Source: Bigelowiella natans CCMP2755
Lineage: Eukaryota; Protista; Cercozoa
Assembly: GCA_000320545.1 (NCBI GenBank)
Contig: ADNK01000404.1
Coordinates: 1-55,578 of the forward strand
Length of the DNA: 55,578 bases
Reading direction: 5' to 3'
The notes beneath the pieces were generated by a model that saw only the letters and a program-made list of their open reading frames with translations, had not been told where the DNA came from and made no database searches. Positions 49,901 to 55,578 of this stretch are shown piece by piece. The position numbers and the translations under genes were made by a program. Each line of letters starts with the position of its first letter. Position 1 is the first letter of the stretch.

Positions 49901-52900
49901 GAAATAGCCCCGCGAATCTCCCCTTTATTATCAGACATGCATTGGAAGAGCTTCACGTCCTCGTCGTTTCCTGTGAAGTTGTCCTCGGTCAGCGTCGTTT
50001 TCCCCGAAAGCTTCGCCTCCTCCTCATCGGCTTTCCCTGCCAAGATGTAGTCCATCGCCGCCTGGATCTTCCAATTGCACGCCTTGAGAGCGACATAACC
50101 CTTGATGCGACTGAATCCCATGCACAAGATTGTGGAGAGCTCCTCCGCGTGCTTCGCCGCGATCTCAGGCGGAATGATATCCCCTTCTGTGTGAGTCTCT
50201 GAGAGTTCCAGCTTGCTTTCTGAGGGGGCAGGGACGGGGATGGATTCTAGCAGAAGAGACTTGTGCTCTAGACCGGCCACGGATTCAGTCGTCAGGGTGC
50301 CGTCGGCGTACTTGAGCAAAGTGGCCATCATATTGCGCTTCTTGAATTCCTCCTTGAACTCATCGTCGTCGACCAGCTCGCTGATGATCTTCAGCACGCG
50401 CCTTTGTAGCGAGAAGAAGTGCACGATTCCAGCTTGCACCTTCTCGAGGTTCCGAGGGCACTTGAGCTGCAGGACGAAAGAGAGGATCTCCATCATCTCT
50501 TCCTTGTTTTTCATGAACTTGAAGGGGAGCTCCAGGTCGGGGAGTGCACAGACGTCGCCAATCGGCATGTTGGCGTGCAGCTGGCCGTCGTCCATGGTGA
50601 TGGTCAAGGTGACACGATCAGGCATTGGTAAGTCCAAGCTCCCCTCGTGCACCATGTTGGATATGTGACCCACCTCCAACTCGCCCGTCACGCCCTTGAA
50701 CTTCACCTTGCCCCCCTCTCTGATCCTGTATATGGTACCCCCCAGCACGGTAAGAGCGGCGTATACTCTCTCCAGCCTCAGCTCCAGAGCTCTCGCTGCC
50801 TTGGTGTCGTCTGTCTGGTTTTTGACGAGGATTTCGGCGGTCGTTTCGAGCTGTTCTATGGTAGGTTTGATCTCCCGGAGCCCGTAGATGATGAGGTCCT
50901 CAACTCGTGACTTCCAGGTGTCGGAAGTCAACGAGCCCTGTGCGGCGAGTTGCTTGTTCTCTTTCGTGTCCTCGATCTTCGCTCTCACGATGCAGCCGTC
51001 GTACAACCGAAAATCACTGAGAACGCCGCTCTTGAGCGGCTTGAAGCCGAACATTAGCGTCAGTCCGGAGGGGTCCGCCTCAACCATCTCCGCCGTCTTG
51101 ACTTTCAGTCCCCAGACGGTGTCGCCCAGGTACGCCTGCACGCTGACCTGCTGTTGGTGGAATCTACCCATCATCTCAATGCACACCGTGATCGGGGCGA
51201 GCAGGGAGCGGAAGATGTACGTCAAGTCCTCCACGACCGAGGAGGAGGCTTGCGACGATTCAAGGTCCCGACGAAGATCGAGCAGCTTCCTGTGAGAAAC
51301 CACCGACTCCCAGGTTTTCAGGGGGGTATTCAGCTTTTTGGTCACGCCGCCGCGACTGTTATGGGCGAGCCTTGTGAATGGCAGCGGCAGAGAAAACACA
51401 CCGATACGATAGAACATGTACTCCAAATCGTTGGACAGGGTGCTCATGGAATGGAACTCGGCGGCGGAGGACTGCTGTAGCAAGGCGGGGGAGATCGGGG
51501 TGAGTTTGAGGACCTTCCTGAAGATCCTGGCGACCAGCTGTTGGGCTAGCTGGACTAGTTGGATGACTTCTTTGCCGTACCCGTGATGCTCTGAGGTAGT
51601 GTAGAACACACGTGAGAGCAAAGAGATCCAGCATTTTTGGGACAGTTCTCGCTGTCCTTCCTCTTTCGTCGCGCAGCGCAGCAAGATCCAAAGATACTGG
51701 TTCACCGCGGCCAGGAGATACATCTTGATATCGTTCCGACTGGGCGTCGACCGTGACTTCCCTCTCGTGCATTGCAAGTCAAACCAGCAAATTGGCGCGT
51801 CCGCGAGGGACTGCTCGCTGGTGCTACCGACGACTTCAAAAAACTTAGCAGGCAATGCTCCGCTAGTCCGAGGGGCAAAATTAAATGCGTTGAACATTGC
51901 TCTAATCTGTGAAAAGATGATATCCATGACGGAATTTCGGAGAATGTACATGTCGGTCTCGTTGTCCCCGGTGACGTTGTTAAACTCGACACTTCCCTCT
52001 TTTGCTGCTTCTTTTTTGCTCAAGAAGGAAAAGTAGGTGATGAGACGGAACATGTTCCACGCGGAGGCACTCACATTGAAGCTAGTCTCCCGTCCTCTCT
52101 GAAAAAGGGAATAGTAAGGGAGCTTCTTGTGCAGGTGATCGACGATCGCAGTCTTGACCAGCCCACTCGCATCAAGTTCTCCATAGTTAAGGTTCAGTGA
52201 CCCGGTGAGCTGGAGCCAGAACTTCGGTTCTGCAGTCGCTTTCTTGTTCCGCAACAAGCTCGAGATCACGTCGTAGTAGAGAAAGCTTAGCACTTTGGAG
52301 TCCTCGGACCCACAGCACTTGAGGTTCATCAGGTAGTGGGTCAGCCTTGCGGTAGGAGTTCCCTTTTCGGAATCGCCCGTCTTGCCAACGAATGTGTTTG
52401 TCTTGCTGACGAGCATCAGGTTGGAAGGCTTGAAGTTCTTTAGGGTTTCAGTGTTATTACCATCCCAATCGCCCTTGACAGGGTATCTTCCACTCGCCAA
52501 CATATACCCTGTAATCTCTCCCTGTCGCCCGTTAAATCTCTTGGACTTGATAAGTCCTTGCACCACTACTCTATCACCGATGAGGAGCTTGGAAGTATTA
52601 ACGAAAGGGTTCACGTTTAAGAGGGCTAAAGACTTTCGAGCTTTCGCTTCCTGGATTTTCTTAAAATTCTTTGGCACTACTGGAGGGGACTTCAGAGGCA
52701 GCAAGTCGTCCAGGGTAACATATCGTTTAGAACCCTTCAATTTTGGGCCTTCGACCTGTATTTGGACTCTAAAATTTGACATTGAATTGGAGATGATGTG
52801 TCCATAATATCCAGTAGCTCGGCACTTAATCCACATCGATTTCATGGTATATTTATGCTCAAGTAGGTTTTCCCTCTTGAAATTCGCTTCACCATGATGG

Positions 52901-55542
52901 TGGCTATACTTGAGCTTTTGGCGGCCATTAGCAAATCCATGGGTTTTTATTCGGCCCAGTCTTCCGTTTAACTGTTTTGCATTTACCAGTCGGCGGACGT
53001 AACAACGTGTATGTATAGGGACCGCGCCGATTAGGGTTAAGACTTCAACAGGCTGTGGCTTCGGGGCTGCTCGATCCCGAACAATAACGTTCGGCCCACC
53101 TCTTGAGTGAAGTTGTAGAGCCCGTACTGAACCCGGAGTAAACATCCTGGCGAACTGCGCCGCAAAAAGCAGCAATTCATCTCCTGGGCCGGCCCCTCCA
53201 CCTGCCAGCGAGTACTGAGAAAGGATGCTTCCCAATTCACGGACCAGAACCAAAGCTGCAATGCGGTAGGTCGCCCGGATGCGTTGTCGGACTAGGCACT
53301 CACACAGCTCTCGTCCCAAGTCCCGTTCCCCTTTGGTGTTGATGAACTCAACCACCCTCCCCGCAAGGGTGTAGGCCGCGTCGATCTTCTGCTTCATCAG
53401 TCTCTTCCGGAGGGAGACCATATCCCTCAGCCTGCGGGTCACCTGGCCGGCCGCCCTAAGCTTGAAGATGGCCTTGACCTTCCTCCACTTGGAGTTGGGC
53501 TTGAGCTTCGTGACTTGTTTAGGATTCATGATGTTAACCACTGCCTGGTCGTACTCCGGTTCCTTCAGACTCGATAGCCGGGATAGGGGGGTGGTAGAGA
53601 GAATGGTCTCCAAAGATGACCCGGCGGAGGAACCTTCTCCGCCTGAGTTTGTTGATATGGCAGGGTCCACGAGTAAGAGAAACCTGCAGCGCTTTATAAC
53701 TTTCGCAAGGTAGGTTTTGAGGCTGCCGTAGTTCTTTATGGTGTCTTGGTCGTCATTGCGGAGCCTTTGGCAGATGAGGGCGATGTTGAAGGCCTGCGTC
53801 CAGAGAGTCATCAGGGGCTGGGGGGGTTTGCCGCCCTTCGGTGGGGTTGTGGAGGCCTCCTCGGCCATAGGTACCAGGTGGCAATGGTGCAGCATCACCG
53901 CAAGGACTGCGCAAACTGCATTCTCGGTTGCCTTACCTCCGTGTTGGTTTCGGACCATCTTCATCCGTCGCTTCTTCTGTATCAGCTTTATGAGCTTCGC
54001 GGCCTTCCCGCGTTTATGGAACACGTCCCCGAGGAACGAAGACTCCCAGTCTTGGGGGATCTTCCGCGGGGGTAGTGTGTACTGCCAGCTTTCTAGCTTT
54101 GTGCTAAGATCGACGAACTCTTCGCAGAGCTCTGGACACCAGGACCATACGCTCACAGCGGCATTTTGGGATGCTGCTTTCAGCTTAATGTCCTCCGTGG
54201 TAATGCCGCGGAGCTTCACGTCAGCATCTTTGAGCTGCTTTACGTCTTCAGAGCCTCCTCGAGGTGTGTCAGGATAGGAGGTGTCGCGTGACGTCATGCT
54301 AATATGAATCCCGCCAGACAGTAGCCCCGATTCCAACCACCATTTGTTCTTTATTTCGATGAACGAGTGCTTTTGTTTGGCGACGATCCCGTTCAGAATG
54401 GTGCAGCACAGGTTCGTGATCAAGAGTGGGAGTTGATGCGACTTTGCCTTTCCCTTTCCGTCAAAGATCTTCAGATATGCGTTGTCAAGACTAATAAAGT
54501 GGGGCAGGATCCGAAGCGCAACGCTCGGCAGTACGATTAGTCCAGGCGTCAACGAGTTCATGCCAGATATCAGCACTTTCAAAACCTTAAACAGGGGTAA
54601 CGACATGGCAGATTTCGACTCCAGCCTCTGCAACATGGTACTACTTCTCGTCGAGCTGACCTTACTCAAAGCCTTGCAGAAAGATGTAGCAAGCTTTAGT
54701 ATCTGCTCGCATAACTCGAAGAAACCCTCAAACTTCTCAGCGTCCCGGCCTTCGATCTTGTCCACACCATAGGCCACCGACCTATTGAGGATGGGCTTGA
54801 GAAGGGCAACAGAAGAACATATGTACTTCAACGTGAACTCTTGGCTCGCCTTCTCCACTGATTCTAAAAGCTTCGTTTCGCGCATATCCATGGGAAGAAA
54901 CGTAGGCTTTTCCGCCAGCGGAACGAGCTGCCGCCACGTATATAGTCCAATTGTAAAGATTTGATTACGCCAGAACTTCGATTGGCTTCCCGCCATGGCG
55001 AGCACCCCTCCCCTTTTCTTCTCTTCCATTTGCTGCTTTCGGCTCTTCAGGGACCTCGGGTCGTGGATGGTCTGGCAGTAGCCCACTTTCATATACTCTA
55101 TCTTCTTCAAATCGGAAAGCGAGAAGGCGAACCGCACGGAACCGCCTGCGCCACAAGACACGGCAGGAACCACGCTATCGAAGTCGCCCATGCTGACCAC
55201 TCGGTGCAGCACCAGCTCCCCGTCGTAGTAGAAATCCATGTGCATCTTGTGCTGCTTCCTGTTCTGATCCCATCTCTCGAACAGGATCTCACAGCCGAGG
55301 GTGGGGTGCTCAGAGGATGAGGAGCGTCTGTTTTTGCGCTCCTGCCCCAAGACCTTCTTCCCGTCGTGCCACAGATTGAACTCGGAGTCCAACCCGTACC
55401 CCTGCGAGTCTGACCCGAGACCAGGAATAGCGTCGAGGTTGACTTTTGCGGTGCCGCCTCTCAGGCTGTACCAGCCAACCCGCACGTCCACATTTCTCAG
55501 CACATGGACTTCGTAGTACCATCGCCCCATACCCAGAGAAGC
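46837..55542 (-). CDS. Giant HERC-type HECT E3 ubiquitin ligase (SPRY, KOW/SH3-like repeats, ubiquitin-like, UBA, HECT); 5' part outside window
   Basis: One 8367-nt exon (55542-47176) carries GRWYYEV..VRVGW (SPRY), DTVWGLKVK..LTLMFGFKPL..LSDF (Ubl), MGFSR..ALKACNWKIQAAMDYIL (UBA), DVGGPYRE and YEFLGQMMGLAIR. Two short exons add LP|IAHTCFFQLELPEYSS with the catalytic Cys. Stop TAA at 46837-46839. Confidence 0.95.
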
Positions 55543-55578
55543 CTGGAGCAAGTTATAGGAGGCGAGGGGGGGGGGGGG

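Noticed and set aside
47356-55522. Numerous + strand and alternative-frame ORFs
   Set aside because: Shadow ORFs of the GC-rich HECT coding exon, with no independent motifs.
1-55578. Alternative genetic code
   Set aside because: TAA, TAG and TGA all terminate conserved proteins at the expected positions (e.g. ERD2 TAA, CIGK-TAG, VELK-TGA), and in-frame stops are explained by introns.
1-55578. tRNA, rRNA, telomeric arrays or autonomous transposons
   Set aside because: I recognised no cloverleaf, rRNA-like segment, telomere repeat array, or transposase/reverse-transcriptase ORF by eye. A covariance-model scan would be needed to exclude small RNAs.

Overview
Intron-rich eukaryotic nuclear DNA with many microsatellites. 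Several proteins carry signal-peptide plus Arg-rich transit-like leaders, which points to an alga with a secondary plastid; chlorarachniophyte-like is my inference. By splicing exons by hand I reconstructed 16 protein genes, in order: CREC-like EF-hand protein (+), orphan plastid-targeted protein (-), SET methyltransferase (+), bZIP factor (-), NOL12/Rrp17 (+), ERD2 (-), large Rab32-like GTPase (+), mL54 (-), TLC-domain protein (+), JHY-like protein (-), PAS protein (+), DUF3783-like protein (-), MnmE/GTPBP3 (+), bL12m (-), DBP10/DDX54 (+), giant HECT E3 ligase (-). The strongest signal is architectural. All 16 genes alternate strand with no exception. The head-to-head spacers are mostly short. 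All eight tail-to-tail spacers are packed with self-complementary CTAG/AGCT/TGCA/CATG words and (GCTA)n arrays, and three of them carry a dispersed ~85-bp repeat that I do not recognise, including an inverted pair. Other notable points are bipartite-like leaders on ERD2 and DBP10, a Rab with a Tudor-like domain and a CaaX box, a split PAS domain with a CaaX box, and frequent AAG splice acceptors. Gene models are manual, so start positions and some internal exons are approximate.
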